Below are positions 31,357-42,118 of a stretch of DNA of 64,000 nt, piece by piece. The stretch's first letter is position 1, and each line of letters starts with the position of its first letter. This DNA comes from Promethearchaeota archaeon (lineage in GTDB: Archaea; Asgardarchaeota; Lokiarchaeia; Sigyniarchaeales; SOKP01). Where the stretch lies: the NCBI GenBank assembly GCA_016840085.1, contig JAEOTA010000014.1, positions 31,025-95,024 on the forward strand, given 5' to 3'. The notes beneath the pieces are model-generated. The model did not search any database and had not been told where the DNA came from. It was given only the letters and a program-made list of their open reading frames with translations. Position numbers and translations under genes: made by a program.

Positions 31357-32214
31357 CTAATTTACGATAAGCTTCTCTAAGAATACCTTAATTTGATTAT
31401 TAACAACTTTACCATCATTAAAAATATTATTTAGATACCCATTAAGAAAGACTTTGATTTCAGAATTAAGATCTTTCAAATCAATATAGTTATATTTAGA
31501 TTTCAATTTCTTACTATTAATCAACGGTTTTATGTGTGTATCGACTAGATTTAATATGAAATCAATTACCACATGATTAATTCTATTTTTATCAAGTGGA
31601 GTCAATTCATATTCACCATGAATCGTCTTATTTCTAATTTCATTTAATTCAAGTAAAGTTGCTTCCAATTCCGGTGATAAACTTAATAATTTTATTTTTA
31701 TTGGTAAATCCTTCTCTTTTTCTGAGGTAAGTTGAGAATTGCAATAATTTTCTAAATTGGCATAAAATCGAACTAATAATTTAAATGTATCTCCAAAATC
31801 ATACATATTTTCCCATGCTGTTAGATTTAAATACTTGAGAGATGTTTTTATAGAATCTGTGACTTTATTTGCTGCATTTGTTAGATATTGTGTATAATCT
31901 TCAAATGGAAATCCAAAATAATAGTTATTATATTTTTGCTTTATATCTTTCGCTATTATACTCTGATTTTGAATTTTTTCTTTTTTAACTATTTCTTTTA
32001 CAAATTTCATTACGTAGTTACAATTTGGGCAATAAGTAATCCAAGAGCTTAGAATTACTTCTGCTGGTTTAACTCCGCTCGATTCAATATACCCATTAAA
32101 TCCTGACAATTTTTTTCCATCAGAAGTTGAAAAAATCGCTTCTTCAGGGTAAAAAGTTCTTGGAATGAATTTAACACTACATACAGGACATTTTAATTTT
32201 TCTTTTTGCCTCAT
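31357..32214 (-). CDS. Zn-ribbon + HEPN-like domain protein
   Basis: CPVC..CPNC at N-terminus; helical C-terminal region with RNKTIH (R-x4-H). Confidence 0.55.
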   Translation of the reverse strand: MRQKEKLKCPVCSVKFIPRTFYPEEAIFSTSDGKKLSGFNGYIESSGVKPAEVILSSWITYCPNCNYVMKFVKEIVKKEKIQNQSIIAKDIKQKYNNYYFGFPFEDYTQYLTNAANKVTDSIKTSLKYLNLTAWENMYDFGDTFKLLVRFYANLENYCNSQLTSEKEKDLPIKIKLLSLSPELEATLLELNEIRNKTIHGEYELTPLDKNRINHVVIDFILNLVDTHIKPLINSKKLKSKYNYIDLKDLNSEIKVFLNGYLNNIFNDGKVVNNQIKVFLEKLIVN

Positions 32215-32467
32215 ACGTTTATTTTCTTCGAATATTAATTATTATTAATTTTAGTTGTAACGACTTAATACCTTCATTATTCTTTAAAATATTAGTAATA
32301 TAAATACGTAAATAATATGTAGACCATATTGCTATAAAAACTAGGTTTTACAAGTATATTCATCTTATAATAAGAAATATATTAAAATTGGAGATGTTAA
32401 TTATATTATTACGGTGTTTTAAGTATCCCCCAAACTAGTTTATAATTAAAAAGGAGAAAATTATAAG

Positions 32468-33571
32468 ATGTCAGAGGAAATATCTTATCTTGATGCTAAA
32501 ACTCTTGAGAATTTTATGAGAGATGTTTTTATCGGTCTTGGTGTGCCACAAGATGATGCTAAAATCATTGCTGATGTGCTTATTACTTCAGATATAAGAG
32601 GTATTGATTCACATGGCATCCAGAGATGCAAAATGTATTATGATAGAATTAAGGAAGGAATCTATGAAGTTAAAACTAAGATCGATATCATTAAAGATGG
32701 TCCTACAACGGCTCTTTGGGATGGAAATTGCGGGATGGGGCATGTAATTGCTTATAAAGCTATGCGGGAAGCAATTAAAAAAGCTAAAAAATATGGGTTA
32801 GGCGCGGTTGCTGTCCGAAATAGTACACACTTTGGTATTGCAGGTTATTATTCTCTAATGGCAATTAAAGAGGGCATGATAGGATTAACAGTAACAAATG
32901 CCAGACCTTCAATCCCACCTACTTTTGGAGTAGAACCAATGTTAGGCACTAATCCGTTATGTGTAGGAGCACCTACAGATGAGGAGTTTCCATTTTTAAT
33001 CGATTGTGCAACTTCAATTATTCAGAGAGGAAAAGTCGAAACCTATGCTAGGATTAATAAACAACTCCCAAAAAATACTGTTATTAATGATAAAGGGGAG
33101 TTTATAACTGATCCAAATAAAGTATTGGCAAAGATGCTTGAAAGAAAAGCAGCATTGTTGCCTTTAGGTGGTAAGGGAGAAGATACCGCAGGATACAAGG
33201 GATATGGGTATTCAACATTAGTAGAACTTCTATCTGCTGGCTTACAAGAAGGTATTTATTTGCGAGATACCTTAGGAATTGTTGAAGATGGTCAAAAAAG
33301 ATTAAAAGTGGGGCATTTCTTTTTAGCAATTAATATTGAAAGTTTCATTGGATTAGATTCATTTAAAGGAACTGCAGGTAGCATTATGAAAGATCTCAGA
33401 AACTCTCCTAAAGAACCAAGAAGGAATCGTATTTTCACTGCTGGAGAGAAGGAGTTCTATGTCGAAATTGAAAGAAAAAAAACAGGGATTCCCCTTAATA
33501 AAAGCTTACAAAAAGATATTAAAACTATAGCAAAAGAATTGGGATTAGATAAATACAATTTTCCTTTCTAA
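32468..33571 (+). CDS. Ldh2 family oxidoreductase (malate/sulfolactate dehydrogenase-like), copy 1
   Basis: RGIDSHG, NSTHFGIAGYY, GTNP, GYKGYG. Confidence 0.88.
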   Translation: MSEEISYLDAKTLENFMRDVFIGLGVPQDDAKIIADVLITSDIRGIDSHGIQRCKMYYDRIKEGIYEVKTKIDIIKDGPTTALWDGNCGMGHVIAYKAMREAIKKAKKYGLGAVAVRNSTHFGIAGYYSLMAIKEGMIGLTVTNARPSIPPTFGVEPMLGTNPLCVGAPTDEEFPFLIDCATSIIQRGKVETYARINKQLPKNTVINDKGEFITDPNKVLAKMLERKAALLPLGGKGEDTAGYKGYGYSTLVELLSAGLQEGIYLRDTLGIVEDGQKRLKVGHFFLAINIESFIGLDSFKGTAGSIMKDLRNSPKEPRRNRIFTAGEKEFYVEIERKKTGIPLNKSLQKDIKTIAKELGLDKYNFPF

Positions 33572-33744
33572 ATTCTAAATTTAATTATTCAATAAAACTC
33601 GCGTATTTATATTAAGATAATTAAGAAAATTTATTAAAATCAGTCATTTTATCACTAATTTTCAACCTATATTTGATATGATTTTACTTAAATATTCATT
33701 TGAATAAATAAAAACTATCACAACTTTTATTTATTCTTTGATAA

Positions 33745-34884
33745 ATGACGGAAAAAGCCTTAGAAAAAGCTGAAATTACTAAATCAGATGAAATTGTTTA
33801 TATTGATGTAGAGACTCTCAAGGATTTTATTAAAGATGTTTTTATTAAGTTAGAAGTTCCAGAAGACCATGCTGAAATTATTGCTGATGTTCTCATTACT
33901 TCAGATTTAAGAGGTATCGATTCACATGGCATTCAGAGATGCAAAATGTACTATGATCGAATACGAGAAGGAATTTATAATCCTAAAACGGAGATTGAAA
34001 TTATTAATGATAATATGAGTACTGCCGTTATTGATGGAAAATGTGGGATGGGGCACGTAATTGCCTATAAAGCGATGTTATTAGCAATTGAAAAAGCAAG
34101 AAAATATGGTCTCGGAGCTGTAGCAGTGCGCAACAGTTCTCACTTCGGCATCGCAGGTTACTATAGTCTTATGGCTATAGAAGAAGGCATGATAGGTTTT
34201 GTTACAACGAATACACGGCCAGCTGTCCCCCCTACATTTGGTATTGAACCAATATTAGGCACGAATCCTTTAACTTATGGTGCTCCTACTGATGAGGAGT
34301 ATCCATTTCTATTAGATTGTGCTACATCAATTATTCAACGAGGGAAAGTTGAAGTGTATAATAGATTACAAAAACCTCTACCACGCGGAGTAATTATTTT
34401 TAATAACGGTAATTCGAAAACAGATCCTGGGGTAGTACTAAACAAATTAGTTAATCGTTCTGCCGCGTTATTACCATTAGGGGGAAAGGATGAAGATACA
34501 TCAGGTCATAAAGGGTATGGTTATGCTACTTTTGCTGAGATCTTATCTTCAGCTCTACAAGATGGGTTATACCTTAAGGATACAGCAGGAATTATAGAAA
34601 ATGGTCAAAAGAGACTAAAAGTAGGACATTTCTTTTTAGTTATTAATATACAAAATTTCATTCCTATAGACAGATTTAAAGAAATAACAGGTAATATCAT
34701 GCGAGAATTAAGAGGTTCTAAAAAAGCACCAGGAAAAGAAAAAATCTACACAGCAGGAGAAAAAGAATATTATACTGAATTAGAAAGAAGAAAGAATGGA
34801 ATTCCAATAAATAAAAGTTTGCAAGGAGATATTAAAATAATGCAACAAGAACTTGGGTTAAATAAGTATCGTTTCCCTTTTTAA
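33745..34884 (+). CDS. Ldh2 family oxidoreductase, copy 2
   Basis: Same motifs (RGIDSHG, HFGIAG, GTNP, GHKGYG); tandem paralog. Confidence 0.88.
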   Translation: MTEKALEKAEITKSDEIVYIDVETLKDFIKDVFIKLEVPEDHAEIIADVLITSDLRGIDSHGIQRCKMYYDRIREGIYNPKTEIEIINDNMSTAVIDGKCGMGHVIAYKAMLLAIEKARKYGLGAVAVRNSSHFGIAGYYSLMAIEEGMIGFVTTNTRPAVPPTFGIEPILGTNPLTYGAPTDEEYPFLLDCATSIIQRGKVEVYNRLQKPLPRGVIIFNNGNSKTDPGVVLNKLVNRSAALLPLGGKDEDTSGHKGYGYATFAEILSSALQDGLYLKDTAGIIENGQKRLKVGHFFLVINIQNFIPIDRFKEITGNIMRELRGSKKAPGKEKIYTAGEKEYYTELERRKNGIPINKSLQGDIKIMQQELGLNKYRFPF

Positions 34885-34887
34885 ATA

Positions 34888-36327
34888 TTAGAAGATAACT
34901 CCTTCCTTACGACCTTCAATTGGTTCAGAATGAAGCAAGATTGAATCCAAATTATCAATCCCTAATTTTTCTCTAATGCCGATTTCCAATTCGGTAATGT
35001 AATCATGAATTTGCGAGATGTTTAAGGAACCATCAAAAAATATATGAATCTCCAAAATACAATAATCTAATGTTGCCCAAAATCCTAATCCATGGAAACC
35101 TCTAACGCATTCATGTTTTCGAAGTACTTCTTCGACTTCTTCACTAATTTGTTCTATCATTTCAGGTCCTACCTCGGCACATTTTATTTGATCTGGTATT
35201 AAAACCTTACTATAAGGTTGTCCTTCGATATGTGTAACGACTCTTGATATAAGAGGGGCTTGCTTTTTTATCTCATCCTCAAAGTGAGAGCATAAACTAT
35301 GAGCTTCTGTAAGTGAAAGAGTTTCATCAACTATTACAACTAAAGAAAGAAAATAATCATTTTCAATTCGAAAAATATTAAGGTCTTTAAAATTTATTAT
35401 TTTAGGGTATTCTGATTTCATTGAAAAAATCAAATTTATTAAACCTTCTCCAATTGATTCTTCACTGGCCATAGGATTCATTTCAATAATACATTGCACT
35501 TCATATAATGGAAATTTTCTCTCACTCATGCTTCTTATGGATTTGGTAATTTCATTAGCATGTACAATGGAAATGTGATCTTCAACTGATATGTAAACTT
35601 CTAAAAATAGTATTTTACCACTTGTTCGTATTTTTATATCATGTACACCAACAATATGTTCTAAAAGAAAAATCTTTTGTCTTAATTCTTCTACTATAAG
35701 CGAACTTATAGGATTCGTATCTATAAGTTCTTGAACCCCTTCTTTTGCTAATTTTAATGCTCCAAATATTATCCAAATTGAAAGTAAAACACTAAATACT
35801 GGATCAATAAAAATAATGTTAAAATAAGCAAAAATAAAACTCACTACTACTATAACTGCTCTTATAGAATCTTGAAATAAATTAAGACCTTGAATCTCCA
35901 TTGTTAGGCTTTTTTGACGTCTACCTTGAGATATTAATATTCGTGAGAAGATAAGATTTACTATAAAAGAAATAATTAGTATTAATAAACCCAATTCTGG
36001 ATTTATGATTTGAAAATTGCCTACTATAATTGTTTGCATAGCATTATAAATTAATACTATATAAATATTCATTAAAATGATGCCTTGAACTAGACCCGAG
36101 AGAGAATCTAGTTTTGCATGCCCGTACATATGATCATAATCTGCGGGTTTTTGACTGTAGTACAGGGAGTAAATAGTTATTGAGACGAATAAGATATCAA
36201 TTAGAGTATCTACTGTTTCAGATAAGAAACTTAAACTTCCAGTGATCAAAACCCCGAACAGTTTTATTGTTGACTGAAATAAAACTATAGCAAGTGTTAA
36301 AAAGCCATATTTGATTTTGATATCCAT
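34888..36327 (-). CDS. Cation diffusion facilitator with triplicated cytoplasmic dimerisation domain
   Basis: KPADxDHxYGH, 6 TM; three repeats of the 'lsl..aH..ie..I...v.H.Ep' CTD pattern. Confidence 0.85.
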   Translation of the reverse strand: MDIKIKYGFLTLAIVLFQSTIKLFGVLITGSLSFLSETVDTLIDILFVSITIYSLYYSQKPADYDHMYGHAKLDSLSGLVQGIILMNIYIVLIYNAMQTIIVGNFQIINPELGLLILIISFIVNLIFSRILISQGRRQKSLTMEIQGLNLFQDSIRAVIVVVSFIFAYFNIIFIDPVFSVLLSIWIIFGALKLAKEGVQELIDTNPISSLIVEELRQKIFLLEHIVGVHDIKIRTSGKILFLEVYISVEDHISIVHANEITKSIRSMSERKFPLYEVQCIIEMNPMASEESIGEGLINLIFSMKSEYPKIINFKDLNIFRIENDYFLSLVVIVDETLSLTEAHSLCSHFEDEIKKQAPLISRVVTHIEGQPYSKVLIPDQIKCAEVGPEMIEQISEEVEEVLRKHECVRGFHGLGFWATLDYCILEIHIFFDGSLNISQIHDYITELEIGIREKLGIDNLDSILLHSEPIEGRKEGVIF

Positions 36328-36505
36328 ATCTTAAATCTTTCAAATTACTATAAACCTATTAAAAATGTAATAGATGAATTCTAAAAAAATATTTGGTAAT
36401 TTAAAAATTGGACTACTCAAATTATAAGTTAGGCAATATTTTATTAATAATTATAAAGGGGATATTTTAATTCTCATAAATTTTAGAATAATTAATATGA
36501 ATTAG

Positions 36506-37624
36506 ATGACAGAAAATAAGGATAATAGGTTTTTAAACCGTACGCTCAAGAAGGTTGACCCTAATATGGCAAAGATTTTTATGCCATGGATTCTGAAGCA
36601 TCCAAAAAGTATATATACGATGATCCGGCTGGCTAGAGCCTATAAGAAATCCCGAAGGATAAGAGGAGAGGAATTCCTTAAAGGCTTGAAAATACCACCA
36701 TTCTTAATATTAAGCATTACATCAAGTTGTAATCTTAAATGTACCGGATGCTATGCCGCAGCTACTGGAACTCTATGTAAAAATAGCATCACAAAATCTC
36801 TTAATTTAGAACAATGGAAAAAGATAATACAAGAAGCGAAAGAATTAGGAGTTTTCGGTTTTATAATTGCAGGTGGAGAGCCCTTCTTATTACCTAATTT
36901 ATTAGATTTAAGTGAAAAATTCAAAGATCGATTATTTTTAATTTTCACTAATGGAACAATCTTAGGAAGTCAAGATATTAAAAGGCTCAAACGATTAAGA
37001 AATACAATAATTATTGTTAGCGTTGAAGGAGATCAAAATTTAACTGACGAAAGAAGAGGTCAGGGAGTTTATGAGCAAGCGATTAATACTATAAATGACT
37101 TAGATAGTATTGGAGTAATAAGCGGAATTTCAGCAACAATTAATCGTAATAACTTCAGATTTTGGATGGATCCAAAAAATATTGACGATTTAATATCTAA
37201 AGGTGTACGTCTAGCTTTCCTACTTGAATATATCCCTGTTGATAATGATATTGAATTAATGCTTACAAATGAAGAGAGCACTGAATTCAGAGACATGGTT
37301 CTAAATTACCGTGAAAATAAACAAATCTTTCTTATTCACTCACCAGGTGATGAGGAATATATGGGAGGTTGTGTATCAGCTGGTAGGGGATTTGCTCATG
37401 TTACACCTTCAGGTGATTTAACTCCATGTCCCGTTTCTAACATTGCAACTCACAATTTAACTAAATCAACTTTAAGAGAAGGTTTAAAAAGTGAATTATT
37501 TAAGGTTATTAGAGAAAATGAACATTTATTGGAAACTAAAGGTTCACCCTGTGCACTATTTTCACATCCCAAAGAAGTAAATGATTTAGTTAAGCAAGTT
37601 AAAGCTTATAAAACAAATGTGTAA
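36506..37624 (+). CDS. Radical SAM/SPASM(twitch) protein
   Basis: CNLKCTGC, GGEP, FTNG, GCVSAGR..PCP..PC. Confidence 0.88.
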   Translation: MTENKDNRFLNRTLKKVDPNMAKIFMPWILKHPKSIYTMIRLARAYKKSRRIRGEEFLKGLKIPPFLILSITSSCNLKCTGCYAAATGTLCKNSITKSLNLEQWKKIIQEAKELGVFGFIIAGGEPFLLPNLLDLSEKFKDRLFLIFTNGTILGSQDIKRLKRLRNTIIIVSVEGDQNLTDERRGQGVYEQAINTINDLDSIGVISGISATINRNNFRFWMDPKNIDDLISKGVRLAFLLEYIPVDNDIELMLTNEESTEFRDMVLNYRENKQIFLIHSPGDEEYMGGCVSAGRGFAHVTPSGDLTPCPVSNIATHNLTKSTLREGLKSELFKVIRENEHLLETKGSPCALFSHPKEVNDLVKQVKAYKTNV

Positions 37625-37660
37625 AAAATGTTAAGTTTTAAAAATAGAAATATTTAATAT

Positions 37661-38542
37661 TTATACTAACTCTCCTTTAGCAACTATAAATGCTTTCCCT
37701 CCTACTTCAACACTAATTTGTCCTTCCTTTTCCTCTGCTCTTAATAGGAGTAAACTTGGTCTGCCTACTTCATACCCTTGTTCAACTCTAATATCAATTT
37801 TAGATTTTCCCCAATATTGATATTTTGCTAAATATGCTGCAAGACAACCATTCCCGCTTCCCGTTGCAGGATCTTCTGGGATACCATAGTAATGAACAAA
37901 AACTCGAACACTTAATTGATTTCCTTTATTACGAGTTTCTGGACAGAATATTAAAATTGATTTTGCTTCAGTAGTTTCTACTAAATCTAAATATTTTTCT
38001 CTATTTACTTTTACTCCTTTTAAGACATCTAAAGTCTTTAATGGAACTATAATAAAAGGTGCTCCTGTAGAAACTTCTTGAATAGGAAACCTTGCATCAA
38101 TATCCTCTTCTTTTATATTCAATACTCTTGAAATTAATACGGGATCAACATATTTCATAAATGTAGGAGGATTTTGTTCCATCCAAATTTCTTCTGCTTT
38201 CCCTAATTTATATTTAAACAAAACTGGGATTTGACCGATCTTCAAATTCAGAAGAATTGTTTTAACATGACTTTTTACTATCTCTTGTTGTAATACTAAA
38301 GCAGTTCCTATAGTTGGATGACCTGCAAAAGGTAGTTCTGCTTCTGGTGTAAATATGCGTACATCATAATTTTCAACTGAGGTAATAAATGTTGTTTCAG
38401 AATAGTTCATTTCTTTTGCTATTTTTTGCATTTCAACAGTGCTAATATCATCTTCACATATAAAGACAGCAAGTTGATTCCCCTCAAATTCTCTTTCAGC
38501 GAAAACATCCACAATAAAAAATTTACATTTCGGTATTTTCAA
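37661..38542 (-). CDS. PhzF-family isomerase
   Basis: VDVF..GNQLAV, SETTF, RIFTP..ELPFAGHPT, EDPATGSG. Confidence 0.92.
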   Translation of the reverse strand: MKIPKCKFFIVDVFAEREFEGNQLAVFICEDDISTVEMQKIAKEMNYSETTFITSVENYDVRIFTPEAELPFAGHPTIGTALVLQQEIVKSHVKTILLNLKIGQIPVLFKYKLGKAEEIWMEQNPPTFMKYVDPVLISRVLNIKEEDIDARFPIQEVSTGAPFIIVPLKTLDVLKGVKVNREKYLDLVETTEAKSILIFCPETRNKGNQLSVRVFVHYYGIPEDPATGSGNGCLAAYLAKYQYWGKSKIDIRVEQGYEVGRPSLLLLRAEEKEGQISVEVGGKAFIVAKGELV

Positions 38543-38698
38543 TCCCTCTTTTTTAGTATATTCTTAAAGTATAAAATTAATAGTTATAGTATTAAAATAA
38601 ATCTTTTTAAAAGAAATCTAGATTTCTCAAAGTGAAGATATTTTTAAATATTACATTAATCTTACGATATATGTGGGAGAAAGAATGAATCAAAGATA

Positions 38699-39565
38699 CT
38701 ATTTTTTAGCAGGAGATGCATAGCAATAATCACAATTATGTTTACAGCGAAAAATACCACTGTAACCACCTATATCCTTTGATTTGAAACACCCACAATT
38801 ATCTCTCTGCCCTTTATCTCTAATTTTGGGTATATTTTCTCCAATTAATTTTTCAATTTTATACGCATCTATACAATGCGCTTGTTCAATTCCTTCCATT
38901 TCTAATAAGTCTGGTTGACAGCAAGCTTTCATTTTAATGTTATAACTATTACATATCTCAATTAATCTATTCACAATCTCTTTTTTTTTCTCAAAACTTA
39001 ATTCTACTGGAACATAACCCCTTGCATTCATTCTATTTTTAACTTTAGGATATATAGTTGCGAAAGAGAATATCATTTCTCGCAATCCGAGAGCTGATAC
39101 ATTTTCAATAATATATTCAAATTTATTTAAATTACTTTTAAATTCATTTGAACCTTTTTTTTTGAAAACTATTATTGGATCAAATCTATAATTAACTGCC
39201 AATAGACCAAATTCTTTAATTAGCCATTCTAACTGTTTAAACCTCTCTTCCAATGAAATAGTAATATTTTTTTCAAGTTCAGATGGCGAGTTTATTGTAA
39301 ATTGAAAATAATGACCTTTATATGATTTAAATAAATCTTTTTCTTGATTATATAGTTCAATCCATTTTTCAAAATTTTTTGACCACCAAACCCAGCATTT
39401 TACATGTTCTGGTTTCAATGATACACGATATACTTGTTTTCGATTAAATGGATTTACTACGTCAACATAGCCTAATCTGATCTGATCAATTACCCAATCC
39501 ATTAAAAATGCTGGGATATCTGTTCTACGACTGCAAGAAATAATATCAGATTTTGTAATATTCAT
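38699..39565 (-). CDS. DUF1848 family protein (C-terminal CxxxCxxC)
   Basis: IISCSRRTDIPAF, WSKN, RFDPI, QRxxCGC..DIG.Y..CKHNCDYCYA. Confidence 0.85.
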   Translation of the reverse strand: MNITKSDIISCSRRTDIPAFLMDWVIDQIRLGYVDVVNPFNRKQVYRVSLKPEHVKCWVWWSKNFEKWIELYNQEKDLFKSYKGHYFQFTINSPSELEKNITISLEERFKQLEWLIKEFGLLAVNYRFDPIIVFKKKGSNEFKSNLNKFEYIIENVSALGLREMIFSFATIYPKVKNRMNARGYVPVELSFEKKKEIVNRLIEICNSYNIKMKACCQPDLLEMEGIEQAHCIDAYKIEKLIGENIPKIRDKGQRDNCGCFKSKDIGGYSGIFRCKHNCDYCYASPAKK

Positions 39566-39597
39566 ACAATTTTTAGCGTAAAATTACTCAAATTTAT

Positions 39598-42003
39598 TTA
39601 GGGCATTATTTTTTTTATAATCCCTTTTTCTAAGACATACTTCTCAAGTCTACCAAGTGATTTTTCATTTATTATAATTTCTATTGGATTCTCAGGAGCT
39701 TCTCTTGCTTTAATTATGAAATTACTTTTACCAGAGATTTGTTCAAGAATAATATTAATTGAATCTTCACAAAATTCAAATTTTTTAATTAGAAGTCCAT
39801 CAATACCCCACACCAATTTCTCTTTAAAATCTAAAAATAAATCTCCAATATGCTTCTTTACATAGGCAACAGCCATTGCTGCTGAACCAACACCCCAATC
39901 AAACATTATATATCCAGAAATTTTTTCGTCTCTACCAGAATGACCATAATTTTCCCTTACGCAACCTTTATCAATTTCATTAACAGTTTCTAATCCTATA
40001 AAATTACCTGGACAGATATCTTTATACTCATCAAGTAATTGAAGAGCCCAACTAGCTCTTAAGGCAGCAATGCCTCGTTCCATGTATTCTTTATTTCCTG
40101 TTTCTAAATAATATTCAATATAAGTTCTAACAAATAATCCTTGTCGCGCGTCGTTTAATTCAGCATCAGCATTTTGAACTCCAAATCCTCCAAACGTATC
40201 AATACTTATATATGGCATATTCCAAACTTGCTGAAACAAAGATAGAATTGCTAATATACGTTCTCCAGACTTTAAATATTCTGTTTTTCCTGTAATTTTA
40301 TATAAGTCCTTAAATCCTTCTGCGCACCAATAAATACATAACGTATTCATGAGATGACTTTCTGTGTATTCATCATAATCAGTTATACCCGGATATGTAC
40401 AAGAGTAAAAGGTTTCAAAATCATGCCATTTATTTTTTGATATAATCTCATTTTGTAAAAATCTGGCAATTCCTTCGCATAAAGGAATAATCTCTTCATC
40501 TTTGCTAATTTTATAGAATTCTGTTAAAAACATTAAAGATGATCCCGAACTAGCAGAATCAATTAGATCTTTTATAATGAAAGGATTATTCTTTTTATCA
40601 AAATTAATAAAGTGAGGGATTGTACCATTTTTTAATTGTATAATCTTAATCAAATCAAAAAGTTCTTTACTTCTTGATTGCACTAAATCTTTTTTCAAAC
40701 TGTAATCATTTGAAATTTTAATTGCCCAGTACATGGCTAAAGACGCATCAACTACATTAAAATCATCAATATAAAACCATGCTTTTATTCCATTTGCTGT
40801 GAAAAATTCATCAGTATCATTTGATTTGGGGAATATTAGGCTTGGAAAAATACCATTTGTTCGAGGTAATTCTAATATCGTATTTAACATTCGATTACTC
40901 TTTTGAATTAAATTATTATCATTCCAGAGTTCCCCAAAAAATCTTATTCCATAAGCTGATCTAATATTTAAGAACCAAGCATTATTAAATATTACCGCAA
41001 TTCGATTTTTTTTAGAATGTCTTTGTGTATATTCATTTCGATCGTTTGTTTGAATGAATTTTAGAGGCAACTTCTCTTTTCCATACCATGTTTGAACCCA
41101 AAAGCCACCACATTCAACGTTATTAATAGTCAAATCTCCCCAATATTGATGCCTTTTAAATATTGCATCAAACCCTTCTTTAACATTGATATCATAAGGT
41201 AGGATCTGAGGTTTGAAACTCAAATATAATAATTTTCTTCCGAATTTTTCCCAGAAGAAATTATTTATAAAAGTTAAAATCTCAGAATCATTCTTTTCTT
41301 TAAAAACTAATATATAATATCTAAACGTTAGATCTGTATCTGCTTTTATTTCCCAAAGTTTATTTTGTTCATGCTTAAATAAAATATGTCGAAATGATTT
41401 GTAGTTTCCAAACCCATATGATATTTGAGCATTCACATCTTGATCTTCTGGATTCAAATTTAAATTCATGAACGTTTGGAATGGATGATTTTGAGTTAGC
41501 GTCTTCAAGTCTGGTACTAAAGCAAATGCTATATTTTCTTTTTTATAAATTATAACAGGAGATCTAAAAACATGATCACCAATAACTAAATATTTTTTCG
41601 GACAAATATGAGGAACCCAGGTAAAATCTGGATTTTTTCCTAACAAAATGTTATATTTTATAATTATTTTTGAAAGAGACAAATCTCTATTTGCTGACAA
41701 TTTATATCTTATATGTAAAATATTCTTTTCTTCAAGACAATAATCTAAATTTAAGGAAATATCCTCATCACAAGTTTGAAAATAAAGTTTCTTCTTTTTT
41801 TGTTTGTTGAATGATAAAGGTTTTGAAGAGACTTTTTTTTGAGACCAAAATGTTAACGTATTATAATCTTTTGAACTACTAAGAATGGTAATCCAATTAT
41901 CTCCATCTTTAATTTCAATTTTTTCTTGAAAATAAGAATTGTGGTCTTCTAAGACAATTCGTAAATCTTCTCGCGCTAAAATGTATTTAGAGAAACCTAA
42001 CAC
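39598..42003 (-). CDS. Large hypothetical protein, probable (alpha/alpha)6 glycoside hydrolase-like
   Basis: Aromatic-rich; LYKITGKTEYLKSG and YYLETGNKEYMERG helix-pair motifs. Confidence 0.55.
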   Translation of the reverse strand: MLGFSKYILAREDLRIVLEDHNSYFQEKIEIKDGDNWITILSSSKDYNTLTFWSQKKVSSKPLSFNKQKKKKLYFQTCDEDISLNLDYCLEEKNILHIRYKLSANRDLSLSKIIIKYNILLGKNPDFTWVPHICPKKYLVIGDHVFRSPVIIYKKENIAFALVPDLKTLTQNHPFQTFMNLNLNPEDQDVNAQISYGFGNYKSFRHILFKHEQNKLWEIKADTDLTFRYYILVFKEKNDSEILTFINNFFWEKFGRKLLYLSFKPQILPYDINVKEGFDAIFKRHQYWGDLTINNVECGGFWVQTWYGKEKLPLKFIQTNDRNEYTQRHSKKNRIAVIFNNAWFLNIRSAYGIRFFGELWNDNNLIQKSNRMLNTILELPRTNGIFPSLIFPKSNDTDEFFTANGIKAWFYIDDFNVVDASLAMYWAIKISNDYSLKKDLVQSRSKELFDLIKIIQLKNGTIPHFINFDKKNNPFIIKDLIDSASSGSSLMFLTEFYKISKDEEIIPLCEGIARFLQNEIISKNKWHDFETFYSCTYPGITDYDEYTESHLMNTLCIYWCAEGFKDLYKITGKTEYLKSGERILAILSLFQQVWNMPYISIDTFGGFGVQNADAELNDARQGLFVRTYIEYYLETGNKEYMERGIAALRASWALQLLDEYKDICPGNFIGLETVNEIDKGCVRENYGHSGRDEKISGYIMFDWGVGSAAMAVAYVKKHIGDLFLDFKEKLVWGIDGLLIKKFEFCEDSINIILEQISGKSNFIIKAREAPENPIEIIINEKSLGRLEKYVLEKGIIKKIMP

Positions 42004-42118
42004 CTTTATGTAATTTTATTATGCCTTATTAAATTCAGCAGTATTTCTAATTTAATTTTTTAAAGCTTGCAATATTTTATTATTTATTCAAATTTAATGT
42101 TAGGCGTTGGAACTTTAA

